Positions 1 to 10,349 of a stretch of 64,000 nt of DNA are shown here, in pieces (positions within the stretch are counted from its first letter, which is position 1; each line of letters opens with the position of its first letter). The stretch covers positions 174,035 through 238,034 of the forward strand of contig NW_008246130.1 in the NCBI RefSeq assembly GCF_000281045.1, in the 5' to 3' direction. Below the pieces are notes generated by a model, which did not search any database, was not told where the DNA came from, and worked only from the letters and a program-made list of their open reading frames with translations. The translations under genes and the position numbers were made by a program. The stretch comes from Saprolegnia diclina VS20 (Eukaryota).

Positions 1-435
1 ACGGGGCTGGATAGGTGCTGTACGAGTGCGTGGCAGACTGCCGTAGCGTCATCGCCACAGGGCGCAGCTGGCATGGGCCCAACAATCAAGCGCGAGACGT
101 TGCAGACCAAACGACGGACGCTGCGTGCAGGGCTGTAGCACCATCCGACCACTTGCTCTGCTCGCGTGCAAGTACGTTTACATCGACAGCACACGAAGCT
201 TGGCTTCGCAGCTACGCGATGGATAATGCGAGCTGTGCCTTCATCCATGGCCGTGACGATGTGACACGAGGCGCCGCGAAGCTTCAGCCGCCGCCAGCGA
301 ACTTCCGCGGATTAGCCCATGGGCGAGGCTCTCGCGATCATGGCGGGACGTGTCGCACATATGCCACCTGTATGAGGCCAAAAATAATCCTTTCTCGAAA
401 CCGCCTCATCGGTTGTTCCCAGAAAGGCCAACTCG

Positions 436-1311
436 ATGATGCTGGCGGTCGCGAGTGCGCCGCCACAGTCGCCGCGGGTGCTGGACAATGCGCTGCATCA
501 GCGCATCCGACGCATCTTCTTTGGCCTGTACACGACGCAGCTCGTGCTGCAGGTGGCCGTCGTTTCGATCCTCGAGGGCGCCGTCTCGAGCGTCTCGCTC
601 GACAACATTGTGATTGGGAAGCAGTACATTTGGGTCTTTGTCGTGATCCTTCTCCTCTGCCTCTTCATCTTGTACCAAAAGCGGTGCCCGTATCCTGCAA
701 GCCTCGGCGTCTTGAGCACATACACGGCCGTGCAAGGCGTGATCTTGGCCGACCTCGACCACCGCGCGACGATCCCGATCTGCCTCGCGTTCTGCGTCTC
801 GTTCTTGGCCACGGTCGTCGTCATGGGCGCTATCTCGCAGTACGTCACGTCGCCGACGACGCTCGTGTGCTACCGCAACGCAGGTGTTGCGTCGCTTCTC
901 GTGGTGGCACTTATCGCGACGGCCGTCAACTTTGGCGCCAACCTCTTTGCCTACCCGGTCTTTCTCGGCTGGATCGGGACGCTCGTCTTCTTTGGGCTCT
1001 GGGTCACGTACGTGGCGTCGCGCATTTCGTACAAGTTTACGCAGTACCTCAAGTACAACGAGCCGCACCGCGTGATGCTCTACTACACGGACATCATGCT
1101 CTTCGTCTTCTTCATGTTCTCGCTCGTCTTTAGCTGCATCGCGTTCGAAGGGTGCGCGTGCTGCGGTGCGTCGGACGACATCCCAGGCGTCATCGACTTC
1201 CGCTTCCCGCTCGACCCGTCGTCCGCCACTGTGGTCGTGCTGCGGCCCAATGCCGTCCAGCCCGATACCGACAAGGCGCCCAACACGACCGAGGTCATCG
1301 CACGCTCCTAA
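436..1311 (+). CDS. Bax inhibitor-1/TMBIM (Lifeguard-like) multi-pass membrane protein, divergent paralogue
   Basis: 291-aa ORF with about 7 hydrophobic segments. N-terminal RIRRIFFGLYTTQLVLQ resembles the TMBIM 'IR..FIRKVY.IL..QL' motif, and YYTD matches the TM7 LYxD motif. C-terminus is clearly similar to the gene at 57102-58400. Confidence 0.7.
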   Translation: MMLAVASAPPQSPRVLDNALHQRIRRIFFGLYTTQLVLQVAVVSILEGAVSSVSLDNIVIGKQYIWVFVVILLLCLFILYQKRCPYPASLGVLSTYTAVQGVILADLDHRATIPICLAFCVSFLATVVVMGAISQYVTSPTTLVCYRNAGVASLLVVALIATAVNFGANLFAYPVFLGWIGTLVFFGLWVTYVASRISYKFTQYLKYNEPHRVMLYYTDIMLFVFFMFSLVFSCIAFEGCACCGASDDIPGVIDFRFPLDPSSATVVVLRPNAVQPDTDKAPNTTEVIARS

Positions 1312-1440
1312 GCCCGAGCATCCTTCGCTAGGTAGACCATATTTGTTCACGATGATACATTGTCTGTTTCCGCTATCCGCACGAGCTAAGCAAGGCCAGA
1401 AGCGCGACACGAGTGTCTGCAAGTCGTCGTTGGCGATCGC

Positions 1441-3570
1441 TTAGAGAAGCTTTTGTTTTCGAAAGTGCGCGAGAAAGCGGGCTGCGATGAGGTAGCCGAG
1501 GGCAATGGCGAGGACGCCGACGCCGAGCGCCACGTATCCGATGGTCGAGCGCGGATCCGGGTACACGAGCGTCCCGAGGGCGTCCCAGTTGGGCTCGGTC
1601 CACAGCGGCAGGTTGGCGTTCAAGACCTTGAAGAGGCCGGGCGTCGCCTCCTTCTCGAGGCCGGGCGAGTATGCATCGTGGAAGTGGGCGGCGCGCGTCT
1701 TGCAGACGCCCGGGTAGACGCACTCGAGGTCGGTGCCCTTGCAGTCTTTCGAGATCTTGCACGTCGCCGTCGTGGGCTCACCGAGCGCCGCCGCGAGGAA
1801 CGATCGCGTAAACACCTCGTACGCGTTTGGGAACAAGCTCAGCGTGTTCGAGTCCTTCCAGACTACGTCGTCGGCGATGACGGCGACTGTGCCGCTGTTC
1901 GTGCTGTTGAGCACAGCCGTCGCAACGCGATCGCTCGAGTAGACGCCAGCATAGAGCGTCACGGGCGACATGGACAATGGCCACGACGTCGCTGTCAGCG
2001 TCAAGTAGTCGATCATCGAGTTGACAAACGGCACCGAGACCGCCTTCATGAGCGGGCACGACCAGTCGGTCGTGATACACGCAATCATCTCGGCGACAAG
2101 CGTAGCGTTGACCACCGGCGCGGCCACGGTCGAGCCATTGCCCGCCGCGGACGCAAAGAGCGCTTCCGCGAGCACCTGCGCCGCCTTGGTCACGGCGGTC
2201 GCGTCAATCGACGTGTTCACATCAAAGCGACTGTGGTACGTTGCGGGAAACGCAGTGTCGTAGCCCGAGAGCACGGCCGCAACAAGCGATGCGTTGCCGT
2301 ACTCCTTGTCGTTCAAGAACGACACGAGCGGACCCGGCGGGACGCCGCTCACCGAGCTCTTGGCCACGGCACCGTTGGCCGACGGCGCTTTCGTGAGACC
2401 ATCGACGACCGATTGCATGGCCGCGGTCGGCGCCGACGGATTGATGTGCACCGAAAAGTTGGACCCGACGCCAACTTGGTCGATGGCAATCGCTGCTTCG
2501 ATGCGCCCCATGGACAAGCCCGAGATCGCCACACTAGTCGCGAGCGGGCGGGCGCAAAACGACGTGCCGAACGGCGTATTGGCCGTGATCGTGCGCGCAC
2601 AGTTGTTGGCCTTGGCCGTCAGGTCGGCGAGGAACCGGCGCGAGCCGACAAAGCCGTACGCTTCGGCTTGGAAGGCCGCAAAGACAATGTGTTTGCTCAG
2701 CGCCGAGCTCGGAATCGACTTGAAGGCGTCGGCGGCCGCGAGGAGCGCTACGAGACCCGACGCGCCGGCGTTGGCACCCGGCGCGTAGACATGCGAGAAC
2801 GCGTTCGTGTCCATGGCCGCCATGGCCACGAGGATTGGCTTGGTCGCGCTCAGGTCCCCCTTGACGCCCCATGAGCTTTGCCCACCGACCGGGTAGCACT
2901 TGGGGCTGCGTTGGTCGCGGATGTTCTTGAAGCCCAAGCACGTCGGCGAGTCCATCTTGGGCGGGCCAAAGTAGTACTTCATCAGCGAGCGGTACACAAC
3001 GCCGAACGACGAGTCGGTCGGAACGCCATCGTTCTTGGCCGCCAGCGTGACAAAGCGCTGCGCAGCGTCCGCCGACTGCACTTGCACGACGGGGTACGGG
3101 AAGCTTTCGCCCATGAGGTTGCGGCCAAGCGGGTTCCACGAGTAGTTGCCGAACGTCGGGTTGAGCGCACTGTCGATCGTGCTCGCTCCTTGAGGGCTCT
3201 GCGCGTCCAAGTTGTAAGTCGTCGTGTTGCTGCTCGGCGGGTAGATGAGGAGGCCCTTCGTGTACGTGGCATCGAATTTGGCCACGTTGGCCTTGGTGAA
3301 GAGAGCCTCGGGCATGATGAGGATGCTCGTCTCGGCGAGCACGAGGCCATTAAGCTGGTCTTGCGTGGCGACGTTCACAAGGCGAGCGCGGGTGCCCTGC
3401 TTGTCCAGGCTGTGGCAACCAACGTCGCCCTTGGAGTGGAAGAGACGAACGCATTCGCCGGCGGGAACGATCGGATTGCTGGGCGCGCCCGCAGTCACGG
3501 CGCCGCCCTCGACTATGGAGGCGACGCAGGCCGCGAGGAGCCAAGCGACTACGCGGCAAGGACGCACCAT
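1441..3570 (-). CDS. NCSTN: Nicastrin (gamma-secretase subunit)
   Basis: Signal peptide; CVRLFHSKGDVGC; MDTNAFSHVYAPGANAGASGLVALLAAA; FQAEAYGFVGSRRFL; WTEPNW followed by a single C-terminal TM helix. These are typical nicastrin motifs. Confidence 0.92.
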   Translation of the reverse strand: MVRPCRVVAWLLAACVASIVEGGAVTAGAPSNPIVPAGECVRLFHSKGDVGCHSLDKQGTRARLVNVATQDQLNGLVLAETSILIMPEALFTKANVAKFDATYTKGLLIYPPSSNTTTYNLDAQSPQGASTIDSALNPTFGNYSWNPLGRNLMGESFPYPVVQVQSADAAQRFVTLAAKNDGVPTDSSFGVVYRSLMKYYFGPPKMDSPTCLGFKNIRDQRSPKCYPVGGQSSWGVKGDLSATKPILVAMAAMDTNAFSHVYAPGANAGASGLVALLAAADAFKSIPSSALSKHIVFAAFQAEAYGFVGSRRFLADLTAKANNCARTITANTPFGTSFCARPLATSVAISGLSMGRIEAAIAIDQVGVGSNFSVHINPSAPTAAMQSVVDGLTKAPSANGAVAKSSVSGVPPGPLVSFLNDKEYGNASLVAAVLSGYDTAFPATYHSRFDVNTSIDATAVTKAAQVLAEALFASAAGNGSTVAAPVVNATLVAEMIACITTDWSCPLMKAVSVPFVNSMIDYLTLTATSWPLSMSPVTLYAGVYSSDRVATAVLNSTNSGTVAVIADDVVWKDSNTLSLFPNAYEVFTRSFLAAALGEPTTATCKISKDCKGTDLECVYPGVCKTRAAHFHDAYSPGLEKEATPGLFKVLNANLPLWTEPNWDALGTLVYPDPRSTIGYVALGVGVLAIALGYLIAARFLAHFRKQKLL

Positions 3571-3617
3571 CGTCGGTCGTCAGAATACAGAACAAGCATC
3601 CCAACATTCCATGTTCG

Positions 3618-3707
3618 ATCCGGATACGTATCCGGCTCAGCGGGTTGTGGGATCCGCATAGAGTATCCGGAGAAGATCGGATTCATTATGCGGATGCATA
3701 TCCGGAT
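3618..3707. promoter_or_regulatory. Cluster of four TATCCGG/CCGGATA elements upstream of nicastrin, including a perfect 16-bp palindrome
   Basis: CCGGATACGTATCCGG at 3620-3635, TATCCGGA at 3664 and ATATCCGGAT at 3698. The same element recurs upstream of many genes in the window. Confidence 0.6.
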
Positions 3708-4418
3708 GTCGTTGCCGGGAACCGCCTGTTGAATCTCAGCATACTTCTCAAAAGCATCTCAATGGCTGGCACTTTCTGAAGGCTTTCCCAGATGGCGTCG
3801 CCATCATCCATTGGCAAATTGCCCTTCGCCGCCCATCCCCGTAATATCGTGCACTGGTATTACAAAAAATCTGGTTTAACGTAAACGAAGCAGCCTTTAA
3901 CGTGTACTATAAATCCAGCTCGCTTATCCAGGAAGGTATAGTAGGACCATGACACAAGACGCGTCGTCGAGGCGAGCGGGTGCTTCGTCGGCGATCTTCT
4001 TCGTCCGACGTCCACTGGCCCTCCGCTGCCTTCTTATCCGGACGGATATCCGGAAAATGATGTTGAAGTGCTTTGAAACGACCATGGGCTTCGTGGCACG
4101 AGTGTCCTAGTCCGCTCATACAAAGTTCAAGATTCCTCGGGATGTGGCGGCTACAAATCGGACAAGTCCGAATTCTAGACATGTCCCAGGCCGATCCTTC
4201 CGGACCGGCCACAGCAATTAAATTGTTGATGGCGGCCGCGCCGGTTTTTTATTACCATTTGGTGCCTCTACGACGTGTCTATGTAAGGCAGTGTAATTAA
4301 ATAGAGGGTCGTATTTAAAAAGATATGGGCGATTTCTGGTCGGACCGGGAGGCCACGCTTAAATGTGGCATGTTGACGTCATATGTGGTGAAATCCATCC
4401 ACACATTTCTTCGGCGGT

Positions 4419-4432
4419 TCATTTCCGGTTTG
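4419..4432 (+). promoter_or_regulatory. Probable Inr+FPR-like element (citrate synthase)
   Basis: TCATTTCCGGTTTG has one mismatch to the Inr/FPR consensus and lies about 80 bp before the ATG. Confidence 0.45.
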
Positions 4433-4512
4433 CCTCCGCCGAGCTCAAGACGTACGAGATTGCACTTTCCGAGTCGTATTAGATCTGAGTTGTGTATCTA
4501 GTTGCTGCTACC

Positions 4513-5895
4513 ATGAGCCTCTTTGCGTCCACCCTGCGCCGCGCCGCCGCCAAGACGTCCACGAAGGCCTTCTCGACGTCCACGAGCTCGCTCTTCGAAG
4601 TGCTCAAGGAGCAGGTCCCGCTCCGCCAGGAAGCCATGAAGAAGCTCAAGGCCGAGCACGGCAACAAGGTGCTCGGTGAAGTCACGGTCGACCAGTGCAT
4701 TGGTGGTGCCCGTGACGTCAAGTGCATGCTCTGGGAAACCTCGCTCCTCGATGCCGAGGAGGGTATCCGCTTCCGCGGCTACACGATCCCGGAGCTCCAG
4801 AAGAAGCTCCCGACCGCTGTCGAGGGCGGCGAGCCGCTCCCGGAAGGTCTCATCTGGCTTCTCTTGACGGGTGAGATCCCGTCGAAGGCCCAAGCCGACA
4901 GCTTGACGGCTGAGTTCCACGCTCGCTCGAAGCTCCCTGACCACGTCAAGGCCGTGCTCTGCGACTTGCCCAAGAACATGCACCCGATGACGCAGTTCTC
5001 GATCGCCATCATGGCCATGCAGACGGACAGCATCTTTGCCCGCAAGTACCAGGAGGGCATCCACAAGTCGACGTACTGGCACCACACGTACGAAGACATG
5101 CTTAACGTCATTGCCCGCATCCCGGAGATCGCCGCCACGATCTACCGCAACTCGTACTTCGACGAGTGCCTCGACATGCAGTACGACTCGTCGGTCGATT
5201 ATGCCGCCAACTTTGCGCGTCTCCTCGGCTACAACGACCCGCACTTCGACGAGCTCATGCGTCTCTACCTCGTGATCCACAGCGACCACGAGGGCGGTAA
5301 TGCCAGCGCGCACACGACGCACCTTGTCGGCTCGACGCTCGCGGATCCTTACCTCTCGGTGGCCGCCGGCCTCAACGCCCTTGCTGGCCCACTCCACGGC
5401 CTCGCCAACCAGGAAGTGCTTGGCTGGATCATGGACCTCGATGAAGAGTTCAAGTCGAAGAACCTCGACGTGAACAAGGAGACGATCACGCAGTTCGCTT
5501 GGGACACGCTCAACTCGGGCAAGGTCATCCCGGGCTACGGCCACGCCGTGCTCCGCAAGACGGACCCGCGCTACTCGTGCCAGCGTGAGTTCGCCCTCAA
5601 GCACATGCCGGAGGACCGCCTCTTCAAGATCGTCGAAACTATTTACCAGGTCATGCCGGGTGTCTTGACGGAACACGGCAAGACGAAGAACCCGTACCCG
5701 AACGTCGACTCGCACTCGGGCGTCCTCCTCCACCACTACGGCCTCACGCAGAAGAACTACTACACGGTGCTCTTCGGTGTCTCGCGCGCCATGGGTGTGC
5801 TCTCGCAGCTCTTCTGGGACCGCGCTCTCGGCCTCCCGCTCGAGCGCCCCAAGTCGGTCACGTCGGAATGGATCAACAACAACTTCAAGAAGTAA
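4513..5895 (+). CDS. CS: Citrate synthase, mitochondrial
   Basis: Mitochondrial presequence-like N-terminus; GIRFRG, HSDHEGGNASAH, LAGPLHGLANQEV, PGYGHAVLRKTDPR and YPNVDSHSG motifs. First ATG at 4513. Confidence 0.97.
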   Translation: MSLFASTLRRAAAKTSTKAFSTSTSSLFEVLKEQVPLRQEAMKKLKAEHGNKVLGEVTVDQCIGGARDVKCMLWETSLLDAEEGIRFRGYTIPELQKKLPTAVEGGEPLPEGLIWLLLTGEIPSKAQADSLTAEFHARSKLPDHVKAVLCDLPKNMHPMTQFSIAIMAMQTDSIFARKYQEGIHKSTYWHHTYEDMLNVIARIPEIAATIYRNSYFDECLDMQYDSSVDYAANFARLLGYNDPHFDELMRLYLVIHSDHEGGNASAHTTHLVGSTLADPYLSVAAGLNALAGPLHGLANQEVLGWIMDLDEEFKSKNLDVNKETITQFAWDTLNSGKVIPGYGHAVLRKTDPRYSCQREFALKHMPEDRLFKIVETIYQVMPGVLTEHGKTKNPYPNVDSHSGVLLHHYGLTQKNYYTVLFGVSRAMGVLSQLFWDRALGLPLERPKSVTSEWINNNFKK

Positions 5896-6364
5896 GCGCG
5901 CCTCCTCCAACCACGACTGTACTCGTAGTATACTATTACTATCTAACACACAACACACACGAGATGGGCTATATTCCTACACGGGCTTGATGCTTCAAGA
6001 GGCCAAAAGGGCAAACTCCAACGGCAAACTCGACGAGCTGGCGACCACCCGCCCGTCTTGGTCTCTGGTCGGCGACAGGGATAGCCCCGTGGCGCGTCAT
6101 GGACACTTTCTTGATCATGATCTGGCGTCGAAGGATACCTTCTTGAAGTTGACGGCGATTGGTGCTTGGCCTACGCCTGCACAAATTGCACCCGATTTGC
6201 TAATCATGCTCGCCGCCAGTCGTTGCCGACGATGAAGGCAACGGAACCCGCCGCCGGCAGCTGGGCGCGGAGAACAGCGGCCCGCTGGGTACCGGCGACG
6301 ACAGCGACCAAGATACGGACAGTGATTGCATATTGAAGCCGCCATTTCCACTACATTCTCTACT

Positions 6365-7078
6365 CTAATCGCCGCCGTGCATAAAGTGCTCCATGGCGGC
6401 CGAGAACGCAGCCATGCCACCGCACGCGAGGCACTGCGCTTGGGGGCCTTGACCCGCAGCAAAGACGGCGCCCGTCGCGCAGCCCGCGATGGCCACGCTC
6501 GTGATGTCGTGATGGCCGCGACCCTTGTCGACAAGGCATTCCATGCCCGAGATCATGGCTACATAAGCGCATAGATGGGTTCGTGCACGCGAGGAAGTAG
6601 CGAAACGAACCCGAGAAGAAAAGAAAGTTGCGGCCCCACGACGTGCTCTTCTCGCCGATCATACGCCCCGATACTTGTAGCTAGAACCAGACGCAGTTAG
6701 GAGAAGCCTCAGAGCATGGACACGCACGCTACCTGTTCACGCCACGGCACCTTGGGCAACTCGCGCTGACCAGGCACCGGAATCGGCGGAGTGATCGCTT
6801 CGTACGAGCTCAAGAGGAGGCCCATGGCGCGGCCCAGCACGTAGCCTACAAGGCTTGAGCCAACACAGCAACGTTGGCGGCTACGTACCCATCGCGCCCG
6901 ACGTGATGGTCTTGAAGGCGCATGTGTCTGCGATCGAGATCGGGTAGAAGTTCGGGATGGCCTGGCCTGGCGCAAAGGACGTGCTCCGAGGGAATGTGAA
7001 CGGGTTGAACGAGTACGGGTACGTCGTCGCCGGCGACGGCGTCCCCGACGGCGGCTTCACCACTGGCTGCTCCTCCAT
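6365..7078 (-). CDS. TIM22: Mitochondrial import inner membrane translocase subunit Tim22 (4 exons)
   Basis: Spliced product MEEQPVV...DTCAFKTITSGAMG-YVLGRAMGLLL...STSWGRNFLFFSAMISGMECLVDKGRGHHDITSVAIAGCATGA...GGMAAFSAAME is Tim17/22/23 family. Three short GT-AG introns. Confidence 0.85.
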
Positions 7079-7756
7079 CTCCAATGCAACTTCACTCGCC
7101 GACGGAGCGAACCCGCGTATCCGGCATCTTCCGGATAACGGGGACATCAACCGGTGGCAACCTTTCTCCTTTCGCAACGCACACTATTTTGCTCGTCATG
7201 ACGTGGCAATCCACACGCACACTTGCGTGTACGCAGTTCTCCGTTGTATCAGAGCATAACTTTAGCGTTCGTGTCGACTTTCCTTGTGGTAAGGTTATTC
7301 CTCTTCGTTTCAAGCACCACGTGCAGCGCTCTTGCAGCGGGCTTGAGCATGGCTGCTGCTGTCGACGATGCATATGACAGACTTGCGCTTCCTGCAACCA
7401 ACTCCAAAACCCACGCGGTTGCTTGTGGACCGGGCAGCCGACCGTCATTTTCGAATACGGCGCATGCAATGTGCTGGCGGCTTGCACGTACGTGCATCCA
7501 AGCTATGTATCCATGCGTATAGTAAACGAGTTGACGCAGCAGAATATCACTGCAGATCGACAGCGACAACGCACACTGTGCTTGGCACTTCCGAGCATGA
7601 TGTGAGCGACCACGCAGGGTACGTGTCGCCAGGATTCAAATGCGGGGATGGGATGCCAGCTATCACCTTTGGTGGCGCATCTTCAACGGGGCCGACGTAC
7701 CAATCAGCCGTCGCTCGAAGGACCCACCCCATATTCTCTGCCATTCTTCGCGTACC

Positions 7757-9350
7757 ATGCTTGCACGGTGGTTTGTCGTGCTCCTCCTCGGCGTTGCAGC
7801 CGCTTCGTCCTCGACTGGTGCGTCCATCGATGCGCTCGATGGGTTTGGCCAGCCGGTCGACTGGTGGGCGATCCTCAAGTTACCATCGCAGGTCAAGAAC
7901 GCGGCCGGCAAGCTCGTGCCGACGTGCGATTGCACCGCGCCGTCGTGCACGGACGACAAGGCGCGCGGGTCCGGCCTCTGCTACCTCTACGCCGACGCCA
8001 AGAACCCGACGTTCCGGTACTTCAAGGACCTTGGCTACGACTGCCTCGGCCAAGGCGGCAACGACCCGCTGAGCCATACGCTCAAGCAAAAGGCGTCGTC
8101 GCCTTACTGGGCGTATTACAACGACCAGTTTTACGCCATTGCGCAGGGCGACAGCACCGCGCGGCAGTGCTCGGGCACGAACACCTTTAACGCCCACGCC
8201 AAAGGCTTCTTGGCGTTCGACGCAATCACGGGCGGCGTCGCGCTGCAGGCGTCGATTCCCAACTACCCCGATCCAAGTGATGATGCCTCAGGCTTTGTGC
8301 CGCTCGGCTGCCAAGGCGAAAACAACGTCCAGTACGCCCAGCATATCTTTGCCATGTCACTTCCTGCAACGAGCGTGGACGCACTGGGTCGCGGCCTCCA
8401 GGTCGCACGCGTTTGCTCGGCCAACTTTTACAAGGCGGACGCCGACATCATGACAAGCGCGTCGTTACGGGCGGCGAACGTTCCGTCGTCGCTGCAGTCG
8501 ATGGTCGATGCGCTCACCAAGCCGCGGCTGCCCAAGACGCCGTCAACGACGCTGGTGCTCGAGACCAAGGCCAAGATGGCGATCACGTCCGTCTTCAAGG
8601 CCGGCATTGATGCGCTGCCGCCATGGGCTCTCGTCGCGCAGTCGCTCAACACGGACGTGAGTGCAGCGACGTGGTGGGACGGCGCCAGCGGCATCCCGAC
8701 GCTCTGTGCGGGCGACGTCTACGCCTCGGCGTCGCACGCGTTCTGCATCGGCCGCCCACTTAACCTCACATCCGACGGCACGTTTACCTTCAACGTCGAA
8801 AACCTCGTCGCAGCCACGTACGTTGCTGATATTTGATACAGTGCTCGATATGGGGGTAGGTTTCCGCTGCCAAATATGGGCCAAGTGTCGTGGTCCCTTC
8901 TCGGTGGCGTAGGCGCCGGCGGCAACCATGGTACGCGTCGTCCACAATGTTGTGTGTACTTAGTCGTGAACGCTGTGTGTAGCCAAGTGGGGTCTCTCGA
9001 CGCCGCGAAAGACAGGGACGAGATCGCTCTCGGTCTTTGGCGACCTCAACATGGAGGGATTCCCGTGCTCGACCAACTGCGCGGGCTCCCAGGGCGGGCG
9101 TGGCGGCGCCTTCCACGCGCTCAACGTCCCCGCGCTCCACGAGAGCTTGGCGAGCCTCGTGTCGTCCGTCTGCTCGTGCGAGATGAAGAGCGCTGGCTAC
9201 GTCCAGGCGCGGATGTGCAATGCTGGCTGCTACAAGCGCTTGGGCGACACGTTTCGCGAAGAAGAGCTGCCAACGCTCACGACGAGCACAAGCTACTGGA
9301 GCAAGAACGCAGCACTCGCCCGCAACCACTCCTACGATCCAAGCCCGTAG
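7757..9350 (+). CDS. Secreted/lysosomal deoxyribonuclease II family protein (3 exons)
   Basis: Signal peptide; PVDWWAILKLP N-terminal motif; first catalytic motif AHAKG; second motif NHAKW reconstituted across the intron at ~8931-8982; GDLNM...GRGG at the C-terminus. Confidence 0.88.
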
Positions 9351-9411
9351 GAATCGAAGTCCAGGATGACGGAAAGTCATGATTTGCCACAGAAGAACGA
9401 CAAAAGCGTAT

Positions 9412-10340
9412 TCAAACCCACCTTGAACGATGGGACTGGGAAGCTATGAAGACAGTCCCGTCAAGTGGGGCTGTCACGAGCGCCTGACATGGCTTCTCGG
9501 ATGTGTGTACGAAATACCGGTCACCGACAACCGTATTGAGCTGCAGGGTCGCGTTCGCGTGGCCTTGGAGCGCATTGAGGAAAAACTGCGTCGAGTTCAA
9601 ATTTGTTGCCGTGAAGTTGAGTGTGAACGGGTGCATCGGGAACTGCGACGCAGTGGCCGAGTCCCGTGGGAGCCGCAGCGCGGGAAACGCATTCTCCTGG
9701 AACGGTACCTCTGAAATCGAGAACTTGCTGGCGTCGATGACGAGACTGCTGTCCTTTATGGTCCTGAGCCCGTCCAGCAAGCGGCCGAATGTCGTCTGCT
9801 GAACGTGAGCAGGCGGCCGGCTTGTCTTCTTCGGTGCCGGACGAGCCAAATCGGGACACAGCGTCTGCGCGATCGCAAACGCGTCGTCGTCGGTCAGACC
9901 ACGATAAGTTATCGTGGCCCATGACCAGGCGGTCGAGGTCCCGAAAGCCGCCGAGCTGGATGGAGCACCAATGCATCTTCTTGAGCGACGGCAAGCCGAG
10001 CGTCCACAGAATGAGTGCTTCTTTGCACTTGAACTCCACATTGTTGAGCTTGAGCACGCGAACGCTTGGCGGCTGGAAGGTCGCAAAGTTGTCGGGGAGT
10101 GCGTTGATCCACCTACGATGGAGAGCAAGCTTTTGGAGGCGTGGCATCGCCGGCAGAAGGCCAAGGACGTGAATTCCGGCACCCCACGTCGAGGACAACA
10201 TGACCGTCATCTTTGTCTAACGTTAAATCGTATACGCACCATGCTTTGTAAGCTGCAAGCGCGCAATACGTCATCGTCTAGCCTGCGAATGCTGGTGACA
10301 TGTACAACAAACCACCGACTGAACCAGATCAAGATCGTCA
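9412..10340 (-). pseudogene. Possible F-box/LRR(RNI)-like gene remnant or poorly resolved spliced gene
   Basis: LRR-like segments (MPRLQKLAL, VRVLKLNNV, LPSLKKMHW) and an F-box-like SIRRLDDDVL lie in different frames. I could not build a clean spliced model. Confidence 0.3.
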
Positions 10341-10349
10341 TTCAAAGAC

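Noticed and set aside
1..250. Minus-strand open frame running off the window edge (MDEGTARIIHRV...)
   Set aside because: No recognisable homology and it is truncated, so it cannot be supported as a gene.
436..3570. Functional link between the adjacent TMBIM-like and nicastrin genes
   Set aside because: They are convergent neighbours only. Adjacency in a compact eukaryotic genome is not evidence of a shared pathway.
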